Positions 10,073-19,431 of a stretch of DNA of 64,000 nucleotides are shown here, in pieces; positions within the stretch are counted from its first letter, which is position 1; each line of letters starts with the position of its first letter. The stretch lies in contig JBJKQU010000061.1 of assembly GCA_046705025.1 (NCBI GenBank), forward strand, positions 20,007 to 84,006, written 5' to 3'. Made by a program: the position numbers and the translations under genes. The DNA is from Candidatus Kryptoniota bacterium. Its GTDB lineage: Bacteria; Bacteroidota; Ignavibacteria; Kryptoniales; JAKASW01. The notes beneath the pieces are model-generated. The model saw nothing but the letters and a program-made list of their open reading frames with translations. It was not told where the DNA came from and searched no databases.

Positions 10073-10690
10073 TTAGAATTTCACCTTCGGAGCGACACTC
10101 GCTCCCTGCACGGCCTCAAAATAAGACTTCACGTGGAATCCTGAAAATGAAGCGATTATTGCGGAAGGCATTGTTTGAACCAGAGTGTTGTAACTCTGCA
10201 CGGCCTGGTTGAAGCGCATCCGCTCGACAGCAATCCTGTTCTCGGTGCCTTCAAGCTGTGATTGCAGGGCAAGAAAGTTCTGATTTGCCTTCAAATCCGG
10301 GTAATTCTCCGATACTGCTAACAATCGCGAGAGCGCGTTGCTCAGGCCATCCTGAACCTGCTGGAACCTGCGGAACGCCTGCGGGTTGTCCAGAACCTGA
10401 GGTGAAATGTTCAAAGTCACCTTTCCGACGCTGGAGCGTGCTTCCGTGACCTTCTCGAATACATCGGCCTCGTGCTTGGCATAACCTTTTACCGTGGCAA
10501 CGAGGTTGGGTATCAGATCATATCTACGTTGGTACTGGGTTTCCACTTCAGCCCAGGACTGCTGAACGTTTTGGTTAGACGATACTAACTTGTTGTACAC
10601 TCCGAATCCCCATCCGACCACACCGAGAGCGATCAAAATGATTGCACCCAATATGGATAAAGAAATTATCGCTCCTCGCGACATAACCAA
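10073..10690 (-). CDS. lemA: LemA family protein
   Basis: 205-aa ORF with an N-terminal TM segment and LemA signatures: QYQRRYDLIPNLV, ENYPDLKAN, EGTENRIAVERMRFN. Confidence 0.9.
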   Translation of the reverse strand: MVMSRGAIISLSILGAIILIALGVVGWGFGVYNKLVSSNQNVQQSWAEVETQYQRRYDLIPNLVATVKGYAKHEADVFEKVTEARSSVGKVTLNISPQVLDNPQAFRRFQQVQDGLSNALSRLLAVSENYPDLKANQNFLALQSQLEGTENRIAVERMRFNQAVQSYNTLVQTMPSAIIASFSGFHVKSYFEAVQGASVAPKVKF

Positions 10691-10851
10691 CTCCTTTTGT
10701 TCGTACTAATTTAGACAAGGGGGGCTTCAAACTCAAGGTTATTAGCGTCCGCCTTTGGGTCTCAAACTGTCGGTTGCATCTTCCCCGCATCCAGGGTACA
10801 AGATGCAGCGGCAATTATCCAATCCGACATCCATACAATATTCTACAATTC

Positions 10852-10891
10852 ATTCCAACATTCCGTAATTCCGATATTCCGCTATTCCCAC
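10852..10891. repeat. five tandem 8-bp ATTCCNNN repeats in the lemA/gcvPB divergent intergenic region
   Basis: ATTCC starts at 10852, 10860, 10868, 10876 and 10884, an exact 8-bp phase. Degenerate ATCC/ATTC-rich sequence continues upstream to about 10812. Confidence 0.85.
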
Positions 10892-10987
10892 GATGCGCTC
10901 CCCCGGACAGAGTACGAACGTCCCCATCTTCTCCCGTCTTGTTTAATCGCCCGTCAATTTCTAATTTGAAAAAAAAGAGAATACCTG

Positions 10988-12433
10988 ATGCCTGAGAAAC
11001 TCATTTTTGAACTGTCCCGCGAAGGCCGAAAAGGCTATACCCTCCCGCCTATTGATGTTCCTTCCGATTCGTTTTCCTCGTCTGTGCCTGACAAATACCT
11101 CAGGTCTGCCCCGGCGGATCTGCCTGAAGTCAGTGAGAACGAGGTAGTCCGTCACTTCGTCCGCCTGTCGACAATGAACTACCACATTGACAAAGGCTTT
11201 TACCCGCTCGGGTCGTGCACGATGAAATATAACCCCAAGGTAAACGAGAAGACTTCGGCGATGACGGGCAACGCAGATATACATCCGCTCGAGCCGCAGG
11301 AAGCCATCCAGGGAGCACTTGAGCTCATGTTCAATTTGGGAGAATTGCTCCGGGAGATTGCCGGTATGCCCGCAGTGTCGCTTCAGCCGGCAGCGGGAGC
11401 GCAAGGCGAGTTGACCGGGATAATGCTCATAAGGAAATACCACGAGGCGAAGGGCAAGGTGCGGAGCAAGATCCTGGTGCCCGACTCGGCACACGGCACC
11501 AATCCCGCCAGCGTTGCGATCAGCGGCTACAAAGCCGTGAGCATCAAGTCGAACCAGAAAGGCACGGTGGATATCGAAGATCTTAAGCAGCACCTTGATG
11601 ACGAAGTCGCCGGAATGATGCTGACAAATCCGAACACGCTCGGCATTTTCGAAAGCGACATAGTTGAGATCAGCAAACTGGTCCATGATGTCGGCGGACT
11701 TATGTATATGGACGGGGCCAATCTTAATGCGATCGTCGGCCTCGTGCGACCGGGGGATATGGGATTTGACGTCGTTCACATCAACCTGCACAAGACCTTT
11801 TCCACTCCGCACGGCGGAGGCGGGCCGGGATCCGGACCCGTGGCGGTTAGCGAGAAACTAAGGGATTTTCTGCCGGTACCCGTAATCGAAAAGGTTAAGG
11901 ACAAGTTTGTTCTCAATTTCAATAAGCCTCAGAGTATCGGCAAGATACATTCGTTCTTCGGCAATTTCGGTATGCACGTCCGGGCCTACACTTACATACT
12001 CTCGCACGGACCCGGCGGACTCAGAGGAAACAGCATGAACGCAGTAATCAATGCGAACTATCTCCTGAGCAAACTGCGCGGCTCGTTCCTGGTTCCCTAT
12101 GACGCGAGACCGATGCATGAGTTTGTTCTCTCCGGAGACAAGCAAAAGGAGCGCGGCGTAAAGACACTGGACATAGCAAAGCGCCTGCTGGATTACGGCT
12201 ACCACGCACCGACAATCTATTTCCCGTTGATCGTGCACGAGGCCCTCATGATTGAGCCGACCGAAACCGAGACCAAGGAGACTCTCGACGCCTTCGCGGA
12301 GGCTCTCCTCGCTATCGACGAAGAGACTAAGATGCTGCCCGATACCGTAAAGTCCGCCCCGACAACGACGCCGATTCACCGTCTTGACGATGCTTTCGCA
12401 GCGCGAAATGTCAACGTTTGTTTCAAGGAATGA
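10988..12433 (+). CDS. gcvPB: glycine dehydrogenase (aminomethyl-transferring) subunit 2
   Basis: 481-aa ORF. Its N-terminus ([16 protein letters not shown]), the PLP region ([16 protein letters not shown]) and its length are all typical of GcvPB. Confidence 0.95.
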   Translation: MPEKLIFELSREGRKGYTLPPIDVPSDSFSSSVPDKYLRSAPADLPEVSENEVVRHFVRLSTMNYHIDKGFYPLGSCTMKYNPKVNEKTSAMTGNADIHPLEPQEAIQGALELMFNLGELLREIAGMPAVSLQPAAGAQGELTGIMLIRKYHEAKGKVRSKILVPDSAHGTNPASVAISGYKAVSIKSNQKGTVDIEDLKQHLDDEVAGMMLTNPNTLGIFESDIVEISKLVHDVGGLMYMDGANLNAIVGLVRPGDMGFDVVHINLHKTFSTPHGGGGPGSGPVAVSEKLRDFLPVPVIEKVKDKFVLNFNKPQSIGKIHSFFGNFGMHVRAYTYILSHGPGGLRGNSMNAVINANYLLSKLRGSFLVPYDARPMHEFVLSGDKQKERGVKTLDIAKRLLDYGYHAPTIYFPLIVHEALMIEPTETETKETLDAFAEALLAIDEETKMLPDTVKSAPTTTPIHRLDDAFAARNVNVCFKE

Positions 12434-12849
12434 TCGACTTCACCGTAGAAGAGGAGACTGCGCTTCGTGACATCCTGAAGGATGCAAAGACCATCGCTGT
12501 GGTCGGTGCCTCGACAGATCCTTACAGGGACAGCAACACGATAGCTCAATACCTCATCCAAAAAGGTTATGAGGTGATCCCCGTGAATCCTAAATATGAT
12601 GAAGTCCTCGATAGAAAATGCTACCCGACCGTCGAGAGCATCGGCAAACAAATCGATATAGTGGATGTCTTCCGCAGGAGCGAGTATCTGGAGGAGGTAG
12701 CGAAGGATGCCGTTTCCGCAAAGGCACGCATCTTATGGATGCAGCTGGGCGTCGAAAACGAGAATGCCGGCCGATATGCGGCAGAAAGCGGGATGCAGGT
12801 CGTGATGAACCGCTGCATAATGGTGGAACATAGGAGGCTGATCAGGTAG
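12418..12849 (+). CDS. CoA-binding domain protein (YccU/YneT-like)
   Basis: 143-aa ORF with the pattern [17 protein letters not shown]...[11 protein letters not shown]...DIVDVFR, typical of CoA_binding_2 proteins. Confidence 0.85.
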   Translation: MFQGMIDFTVEEETALRDILKDAKTIAVVGASTDPYRDSNTIAQYLIQKGYEVIPVNPKYDEVLDRKCYPTVESIGKQIDIVDVFRRSEYLEEVAKDAVSAKARILWMQLGVENENAGRYAAESGMQVVMNRCIMVEHRRLIR

Positions 12850-12939
12850 GTCCGGTCTCCGCCTCTTCCGCTCCTCCTTTCCAAGCTCCGCCTGGAAAGA
12901 GAAATCCGAGCCGCGCCTCAGAGCCCGCGCATTCCCTTC

Positions 12940-14205
12940 TTACGTCTTCTGCGGTTTCCTCTGTGCTGCCGGGAACAGGATGTTGTTGAGTATCAGCCTG
13001 TACCCGGGGGAATTCTTGTGAAGTGAAAGGTCGGTCGGTGGATCACCGACAAGATGCTCGTATGCCGCCGGATCGTGCCCGCCGAGAAAAGTCCATGTTC
13101 CCTTCCCGTAGTCGCCGTGAATATATTTGACTTCCTGCGTCCCTTCCTTCTGACCCATTATTATGACATCGGGCTTGATCAGGCTTTTCCTGAAAGAAGT
13201 CGTCTGCCCCATGAAGTTGTGAATCACGTTGACCTGATCCTGAGTGAGCATCGTCGGCACCGGATCATACTTTGCGGAGAACTTGAAAAGGGTAAAATAG
13301 TCGGTGGACGGGTCCCGGAACTGCACCATATCGTTCGGCGGATCGTTGATATTAGAGAAGCCGTAAACATACGGGTTTTCGATGATTTTGAAATTCTGGA
13401 ACGCCAGACAGTTCGCGTAATCGAGTTTCTCCTGTGCGTGCGGGTCCGGAGGATCGCCGTCGAATACCGCGTCGCATATGTCCACGTGCTGAGCAGCGAG
13501 CGCGATATCGAGCGTCTCGGTCGCGGAGCACATCGCAAATAAGAAGCCTCCCCGTCCTACATATTGCTTTATAGCTTCGGCGACAGCCTTCTTCTCGTCC
13601 GATACCTTCTTGAATCCCATCTTGTGTGCTTCCTTCTCATCCATCGCAACTTCCTGCTGGTACCAGGGGGCATTACGGAAAGTACCGTAGAACTTTCCGT
13701 ACTGCCCTGTGAAGTCCTCATGGTGAAGATGAAGCCAGTCATATTTGGAAAGCTTCCCCTCAAGCACTTGCGTGTCCCACACCTGGGTGAAGGGAATCTG
13801 GGCATAGTTCAGTGCCAGCGTGACCGCGTCGTCCCATGGCCGGTAGTTTGGTGGAATGTACACCGCAATCTTGGGCGCCTTTTCCAGCCGGACGACATCC
13901 ATGTTATTGTCCGCATTCTGAACGCTAGCGTAGATCTGTGCAGCCTGGGCAGCCGACAACTCGTCGAATGCCACGCCGCGTATCCTGCACTGGGTGGCAA
14001 GGACACTGTTATAGTCCATCATGAACGAACCTCCGCGATAGTTCAGCAGCCAATCGACGTCGATTCCATGTCCCAAAGCATAGTAAGCTACCCCGTATGC
14101 CTTCAGGTCGTTGGTCTGCTTGAGGTCCATATATATAAACAGTTTGCTCTGAGCGAACGCGGTCGATGCAAACAAAACCAATATCATTAGAACAAGCTTC
14201 TTCAT
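12940..14205 (-). CDS. secreted protein of unknown function with a possible class-I glutamine-amidotransferase-like nucleophile elbow
   Basis: 421-aa ORF with a signal peptide (MKKLVLMILVLFASTAFAQ). The motif GRGGFLFAMCSATE resembles a GATase1/DJ-1-type Cys elbow. The family assignment is uncertain. Confidence 0.45.
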   Translation of the reverse strand: MKKLVLMILVLFASTAFAQSKLFIYMDLKQTNDLKAYGVAYYALGHGIDVDWLLNYRGGSFMMDYNSVLATQCRIRGVAFDELSAAQAAQIYASVQNADNNMDVVRLEKAPKIAVYIPPNYRPWDDAVTLALNYAQIPFTQVWDTQVLEGKLSKYDWLHLHHEDFTGQYGKFYGTFRNAPWYQQEVAMDEKEAHKMGFKKVSDEKKAVAEAIKQYVGRGGFLFAMCSATETLDIALAAQHVDICDAVFDGDPPDPHAQEKLDYANCLAFQNFKIIENPYVYGFSNINDPPNDMVQFRDPSTDYFTLFKFSAKYDPVPTMLTQDQVNVIHNFMGQTTSFRKSLIKPDVIIMGQKEGTQEVKYIHGDYGKGTWTFLGGHDPAAYEHLVGDPPTDLSLHKNSPGYRLILNNILFPAAQRKPQKT

Positions 14206-14214
14206 CGTATCTCC

Positions 14215-16056
14215 TTATGAGCCATTGCCAAGCAGCTCTCTGATAATTTCGCGCACTCTGTCCTGTAAGATCGAGTTGGGAAAGCGCGCAAGGAAACTCT
14301 CGTACTCATCGACAGCCTTCGTCTTCTCATGCAGAGTCTCCTGGTAAATCCTGCAGATCCTGAACTGTGCTCTGTCCGCAAATATCCCCGTGCTGTCCGA
14401 GGCCAGTTCCGAATAGTATTTAAGCGACTTGTCGACCTCTCCCATTTTGCAGTAGGCTCCGGCAAGATCGAACCGCGCGTTGTCAGCAAGAGGGACGCCC
14501 GGAGAATCCTTGAGGATTTCTTCCCACTCTGCTGCAGCTTCCGGGACGCGGTTAGAAACGTTCATAGCGTCGGCAGCCGCGTAGCTCTTCAGTGCTGAAG
14601 GATTGCCCCTGTTGTCCGTTATCAGATTGGAAAGCTCTATTGCCTCGTTTGCCGCATCGGACATCGGATTTGAAGTGATGCGGTGGAGGTAGTACATCGA
14701 ACTGTCGTATAACCCCATATAATAAAGAGCACGGGCGGCCTGGTATTGGATCCGATCATAATAGCCGTCGTTTTTCTCGGTACTTGTAGTCAATGCCCGC
14801 TGTGCACTATTCAGGGCATCGTTAAACCTACCTTCCATAGTGTATAGCTCCGCACGGGTGAGGATTACCTCGTACCGATTTGCCGCAAGGACACCTTCGT
14901 ATTGTGAAAGCAGCCTCTCGGCGCTGCTAAAGTCGTGAAAGTAATTCATCTCGATTTCGACTGAACTGAGCACCGCTTCGCTCACATACGGAGATTTTGA
15001 ATACCTGTTTATGATGTCCTGGTAGGCAGCGAAAGAAGCGCTCAGGTCTTTAAGCGTATCATCCGTTGCGCACGGCCGCTCATCTTCCGTGTAAACCTGT
15101 TCGCCCAGAGCGCGAAGCGAACGTGCATATCCTGCCAGAGCCTGCGCTACGATGGCATCATTCTTCGACAGGTTCATTACTTCATGGTACGCGTCGGCCG
15201 CGGGATGGTACCCTCCGTTCGCATAAGCCTGGTCTGCAAACGCCAAAAGCTCTCCCCCTTTGGATCCGGAGCGCTCGTCCAGCCACTTGTACTCATCGTA
15301 GGCCGCGGGATAGTTCTTTTGCAGCATGTACAAGAAAGCAAGTATCTGCCTGTAATCTACATTCCCGGTATTCTTCCTTACCTCATTCTCCATTTGGCCA
15401 GTGAATTGCGCGATTGCCTGTTTGCTGGTGCCGAAAGAGCCGAGCTGATATTGTATATATGCCATCGCGGACGGCTTGTTCTCATACTTGAGCAACTTCA
15501 AAATCTCGCTGAGCGATTTTGAATAGCTCATATCCATGAAATACAGCTGCGCTATCTGTCTGATGAATGTCGCCTTCGAGTTTGTCAGGCTCTCGCCCTT
15601 TCTGTACACTTCGATGGCCCTGTCAAAGAGTCGGTCGTTCAGCATAACGTCGGCGACGGCCCGGTATACGTTCGGGTCCTTCGGATTCACAGCAATGGCC
15701 CTGTTCCATGCTATCGTTGCCGAATCGGATGAACCTCCTTTGTAAAACGCATCCCCGAGCTGGCAGAGAAGGACAACGTTGTTCGGTTCGCTTTTCAGCC
15801 TGTTTTCGATAAGCTGCTCTGCCTCCGGGTATTTTTTCAGGTACATGTAGACTCGCTTCAGGCCGTCGAAGTACACAAAGTTGTTGGGGGCGATCTTATG
15901 AAGCTGCTCGTAAAAGCCGAGAGCCTTTTCATACTCCCCCGCCTGTTCGAGTGCCTCAGCGATCCTGTATTTATTCAGCTCGTCGGCAGTTTGTGAAAAC
16001 GCCGGCCGCGCAAGGCATACAGCGACTATCATCAATCCGAGATAGTATCTCTTCAT
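14215..16056 (-). CDS. tetratricopeptide repeat protein (secreted)
   Basis: 613-aa ORF with a signal peptide and many TPR-like A..Y...G.Y..A units along its whole length. Confidence 0.8.
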   Translation of the reverse strand: MKRYYLGLMIVAVCLARPAFSQTADELNKYRIAEALEQAGEYEKALGFYEQLHKIAPNNFVYFDGLKRVYMYLKKYPEAEQLIENRLKSEPNNVVLLCQLGDAFYKGGSSDSATIAWNRAIAVNPKDPNVYRAVADVMLNDRLFDRAIEVYRKGESLTNSKATFIRQIAQLYFMDMSYSKSLSEILKLLKYENKPSAMAYIQYQLGSFGTSKQAIAQFTGQMENEVRKNTGNVDYRQILAFLYMLQKNYPAAYDEYKWLDERSGSKGGELLAFADQAYANGGYHPAADAYHEVMNLSKNDAIVAQALAGYARSLRALGEQVYTEDERPCATDDTLKDLSASFAAYQDIINRYSKSPYVSEAVLSSVEIEMNYFHDFSSAERLLSQYEGVLAANRYEVILTRAELYTMEGRFNDALNSAQRALTTSTEKNDGYYDRIQYQAARALYYMGLYDSSMYYLHRITSNPMSDAANEAIELSNLITDNRGNPSALKSYAAADAMNVSNRVPEAAAEWEEILKDSPGVPLADNARFDLAGAYCKMGEVDKSLKYYSELASDSTGIFADRAQFRICRIYQETLHEKTKAVDEYESFLARFPNSILQDRVREIIRELLGNGS

Positions 16057-16154
16057 GATTCGAAAATACTTTTGTGGTTGGTTATTAACAATGAATCAGA
16101 ATTTACCGGAAATCCCCGGAAGAGGATTGGAATATCTTTCCCCTTCCCGGCCGC

Positions 16155-17831
16155 TTACTTCAGGTCGTCTTCGTAAAACTCAGATTTGCCCTTTAATTCC
16201 TTGTTGACTTCCTGAGAGCGAAGCTGGACCCGCCTGATCTTTCCGGAAATCGTTTTCGGAAGGTCCTGCACGAATTCCATCTTCCTCACACGCTTGAATG
16301 CCGCGACTTTATCCTTCACAAATGTGAATATTTCCTTCGCGGTTTTCTGGGACGGTTCGAAGCCGGGAGCGAGAATCACGTATGCCTTCGGCACAAATCC
16401 GCGGATCGGATCAGGCGACGGAATCACCGCTGCTTCAGCGACCGCCGGCGATTCGATAAGTGCGCTCTCGATTTCGAACGGGCTTATACGATAGTCGGAA
16501 CTCTTGAACACATCATCCGCTCTACCGACAAACCAGAAATATCCTTCCTGATCGCGCGTCGCTACGTCTCCCGTTCTGTAATAGCCTCCCGACATGACCG
16601 TCCTGGTTTTCGCCACGTCGTCGGCGTAGTTTATCATCAATCCCATCGGCCGCGGATTCAGTTTAATTACAACTTCGCCTTCATCGGACTCCATGCCGTC
16701 ACCGTCCAGGAGTTCGATGCGGTATCCCGGCGCCGGGCGCCCCATCGCTCCAAGCTTCACGATGGAACCGGGCATGTTGCCGACCTGCAGTGTGGTCTCT
16801 GTCTGGCCGTATCCGTCTCTGATTGTAATTCCCCAGTCTGCCCTTACCTTCGTTATGACTTCCGGATTCAGGGGTTCCCCCGCACTCACCAACTCGCGCA
16901 GAGCCTCGGGTTTGGGCTTGATATCCTCAAGCACCAGCATCCTCCATACCGTAGGCGGGGCGCACAACGTGTTCACCCCGTACTTCCTGAGAATTGCAAG
17001 AAGCGCTTTGGGAACAAACCTGGAGTACTTATAAACGAAAATGCCGGCACCCGCATTCCAGGGGGCAAAGAACGAGCTCCAGGCGTGCTTCGCCCATCCC
17101 GGCGAGCTTATGTTGAGGTGCAGGTCGTCCTCCTTCAGGCCGACCCAATACATGGTGGAAAGATGCCCTATCGGGTATGAGCCGTTCGTATGAAGCACCA
17201 TTTTCGGCTGCGCTGTAGTACCGGAAGTGAAATAGAGAAAAAGCGAGTCGGTGATCTTCGTCTGCACTTCGGGCTTGTATGCTACCAAAGAGTTGTACGA
17301 GTCTTCGTATGATACCCAGCCTTCATGTTTTCCTCCCACGACCACCTTCACGAAGTTGCCTTCGACACCCTGGAATTTCTCAACGTTATCCTGCAGTGAA
17401 ACAACCAGCTTGACCCTTCCCCTTCTGACCCGGTCCTGTATATCATTCCTGGTAAGAAGCAACGACGAAGGTATTAGGACGGCACCGAGTTTCATAGCTG
17501 CGAGCATGACCTCCCACAGCTCCGGCTGGTTGTCGAGCATCAGGAGTACTCTGCTCCCGCGATTGATACCCAGTCGCCTGAAGAAATTTGCCACTCTGCT
17601 AGACCTCTCCGACAGCTCCGCAAACGAGTACTTCCACTCACTTCCTTTCTCATCAACGATCCAGAGTGCCGGCCGGTCGTTGCCCTCGGCATAATGGTCG
17701 AAGTAATCGATCGCCCAGTTGAAGTCTTCTATCTCCGGCCACTTGAATCCGTAATAGGCCGACTCATAATCGTCCCGCCTCGTTTGGAGGAAGTCGCGTG
17801 CTTTAAGAAACTTATCAAGCTCGGCTGTCAT
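16155..17831 (-). CDS. AMP-forming acyl-CoA synthetase (medium-chain/ACSM-like)
   Basis: 558-aa ORF with adenylate-forming motifs: YFTSGTTAQPK, DGYGQTETT, YYRTGD and PKTISGKIRR. Confidence 0.9.
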   Translation of the reverse strand: MTAELDKFLKARDFLQTRRDDYESAYYGFKWPEIEDFNWAIDYFDHYAEGNDRPALWIVDEKGSEWKYSFAELSERSSRVANFFRRLGINRGSRVLLMLDNQPELWEVMLAAMKLGAVLIPSSLLLTRNDIQDRVRRGRVKLVVSLQDNVEKFQGVEGNFVKVVVGGKHEGWVSYEDSYNSLVAYKPEVQTKITDSLFLYFTSGTTAQPKMVLHTNGSYPIGHLSTMYWVGLKEDDLHLNISSPGWAKHAWSSFFAPWNAGAGIFVYKYSRFVPKALLAILRKYGVNTLCAPPTVWRMLVLEDIKPKPEALRELVSAGEPLNPEVITKVRADWGITIRDGYGQTETTLQVGNMPGSIVKLGAMGRPAPGYRIELLDGDGMESDEGEVVIKLNPRPMGLMINYADDVAKTRTVMSGGYYRTGDVATRDQEGYFWFVGRADDVFKSSDYRISPFEIESALIESPAVAEAAVIPSPDPIRGFVPKAYVILAPGFEPSQKTAKEIFTFVKDKVAAFKRVRKMEFVQDLPKTISGKIRRVQLRSQEVNKELKGKSEFYEDDLK

Positions 17832-17894
17832 GGTAATCTCTCCTTGATTTGATGGGTAGGTGGATGTCTATCTCAAATGCCGGTTGGTTTGAGA

Positions 17895-18791
17895 TCATTT
17901 GCTCGGATTCAGCCTATACTTTTTCCAGTACCGAATAAGACCCGGAATGTTCATCCAGAACGGATCTGCGTTCTTATACTTTTCGATCATATCGTGGTCG
18001 AATCCGGAGTTTGTTAGACTGGATACGAGATAGGAGTCGAACTCCGCGATTATTGTCGCTTCATCCTTCCCTTCTCTCATCTTCTCTCCTACCCAGTCTG
18101 TCCATTCAAGTAACCGGGTTTTCAGCTCATCGAGATACGGGGAGACGTCCGTAGACTTCCCAAAGTGTGTCGGATATATCGCAGAAGGCTTCATCTTTCC
18201 AATCTTGTCGATAGAGCTTAACCAGAGCTCGACGTTTATGTCCGGCGCGGGGGTAGGCGGCAGGACTGGGCCCGTCCCGATCCTGACTCCGCCGACATCT
18301 CCGGTAAATGCGTTACCTTCCACGAAATACGTGTTGTGATGGGAAGCATGCCCCTGAGTGTCTACGGCTCTTACGGCAGTGTCTCCGACCGTCACTTCTT
18401 CACCGTCAGACGTCGAATGCAGTTTCTCGATTGGAATCGGTTTCATCGTACCCCATAATTCGTCCATGCGCTCCTTGTAAATCATGCTTGCCGAACTCAG
18501 AAGTTTGGCAGGATCCGCCAAATGTCTCGCGCCGTTAGGATGAACGTACACCGTGGCTCCCTTCTCGGCAAAGTGCCACGCAGCACCGGCGTGATCCAGG
18601 TGGACATGTGTGACGAAGACTTTTTTGATATCCGCTGCGTCGAAACCGAGTATCTTCAGGCCTTCGAGCAGGTTGGTGTAGACTGAATCCGGGCCGGACT
18701 CTATGAGGGCGAGCTCGCGGTCGGTCTCAATGAGATAAGAAGCTATTGTCTCGGGAGTGAAGAAATTCAAATCAATGGTATGAGCAATCAC
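17895..18791 (-). CDS. MBL-fold metallo-hydrolase
   Basis: 298-aa ORF with the THVHLDHAG metal-binding motif and downstream His/Asp ligands (TQGHASHH). Confidence 0.85.
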   Translation of the reverse strand: MIAHTIDLNFFTPETIASYLIETDRELALIESGPDSVYTNLLEGLKILGFDAADIKKVFVTHVHLDHAGAAWHFAEKGATVYVHPNGARHLADPAKLLSSASMIYKERMDELWGTMKPIPIEKLHSTSDGEEVTVGDTAVRAVDTQGHASHHNTYFVEGNAFTGDVGGVRIGTGPVLPPTPAPDINVELWLSSIDKIGKMKPSAIYPTHFGKSTDVSPYLDELKTRLLEWTDWVGEKMREGKDEATIIAEFDSYLVSSLTNSGFDHDMIEKYKNADPFWMNIPGLIRYWKKYRLNPSK

Positions 18792-18874
18792 GATTCCTTT
18801 TACCTTTCGGGCTGGTACGTTTTCTGTTATCGAGGAGGTCGTGCGAATTCAAACGCAGATGGAATTTAGAGCCA

Positions 18875-19423
18875 TTGTCCGGCGAAATCAAGCTCGGCAT
18901 GCGCCAGAGATTAGAAGCTCCCGATGCCTTTTCGGCGGAACTCAATCTATACCAATGCGATCTCCTCACCCAAACTGTTTTGTCCCCTAGCACATATTGC
19001 GTGACTTACGGCCAGTATCCATACAGGGAAATATTCAACGTCGCGCCGGAAGGCAGCCCGGAATATAATGGGATGGTAAAAGCGACAAAGCTTAGGTACG
19101 GGCTGAAGCCGTACATCAACTCGCTGCCGGGAATGACCTACTTTGACGACTACACGATCATGCGGGCACTCGTCATGGATTTCGGAAATCACAAAAAGGT
19201 TGAACACATTTCCGATGAGCATATGTTCGGGCCGTCAGTCCTTTTTGCGCCGGTTACAACGTACAAGGCTCGCGAGAAGAAAATCTACCTCCCGGCAGGG
19301 CCTGCATGGTGCGTACTCGGTGAAAAGAGCTTCCGAGCACGCGCACACCCTTGGTCAACTCGTAAATTGATAAAGGGGCCTGCCTTGCGTATATTACTGC
19401 ACAAAAAAGATGAGATGAATTAG
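18875..19423 (+). pseudogene. relic of a glycoside hydrolase family 31 gene, with only a C-terminal piece of the catalytic domain region retained
   Basis: 182-aa ORF. Residues from about 46 to 146 read GQYPYREIFNVAPE...LRYGLKPYINSL...IMRALVMDF...DEHMFGPSVLFAPVTTYKAREKKIYLPAG. This matches the conserved segment just after the GH31 catalytic barrel. GH31 enzymes are about 700-1000 aa, so most of the gene is missing. Confidence 0.6.
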
Positions 19424-19431
19424 CCACACAG

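Noticed and set aside
10069-10081. 13-nt match GCATTTAGAATTT between the lemA/TPM gene junction and the repeat-element core flank (62122-62134)
   Set aside because: At 10069-10081 the sequence is fully explained as the coding stop/start junction (TAAATG on the minus strand). It is AT-rich and low in complexity, and there is no further similarity on either side.
10892-10987. Possible glycine riboswitch upstream of gcvPB
   Set aside because: I could not find the conserved GGAGAG...ACCGAAGGGGCAA-type elements on either strand.
10961-11812. 283-aa minus-strand ORF
   Set aside because: It lies entirely antisense to the strongly recognisable gcvPB gene and has an Arg/His-rich composition typical of antisense frames. 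The same reasoning applies to 11858..12379 and 12376..12651.
12877-12899. Hairpin CTTTCCA-N9-TGGAAAG between the convergent CoA-binding gene and the secreted-protein gene
   Set aside because: It may be a bidirectional terminator, but it lacks a U-tract on either strand. It is too weak to annotate as a feature.
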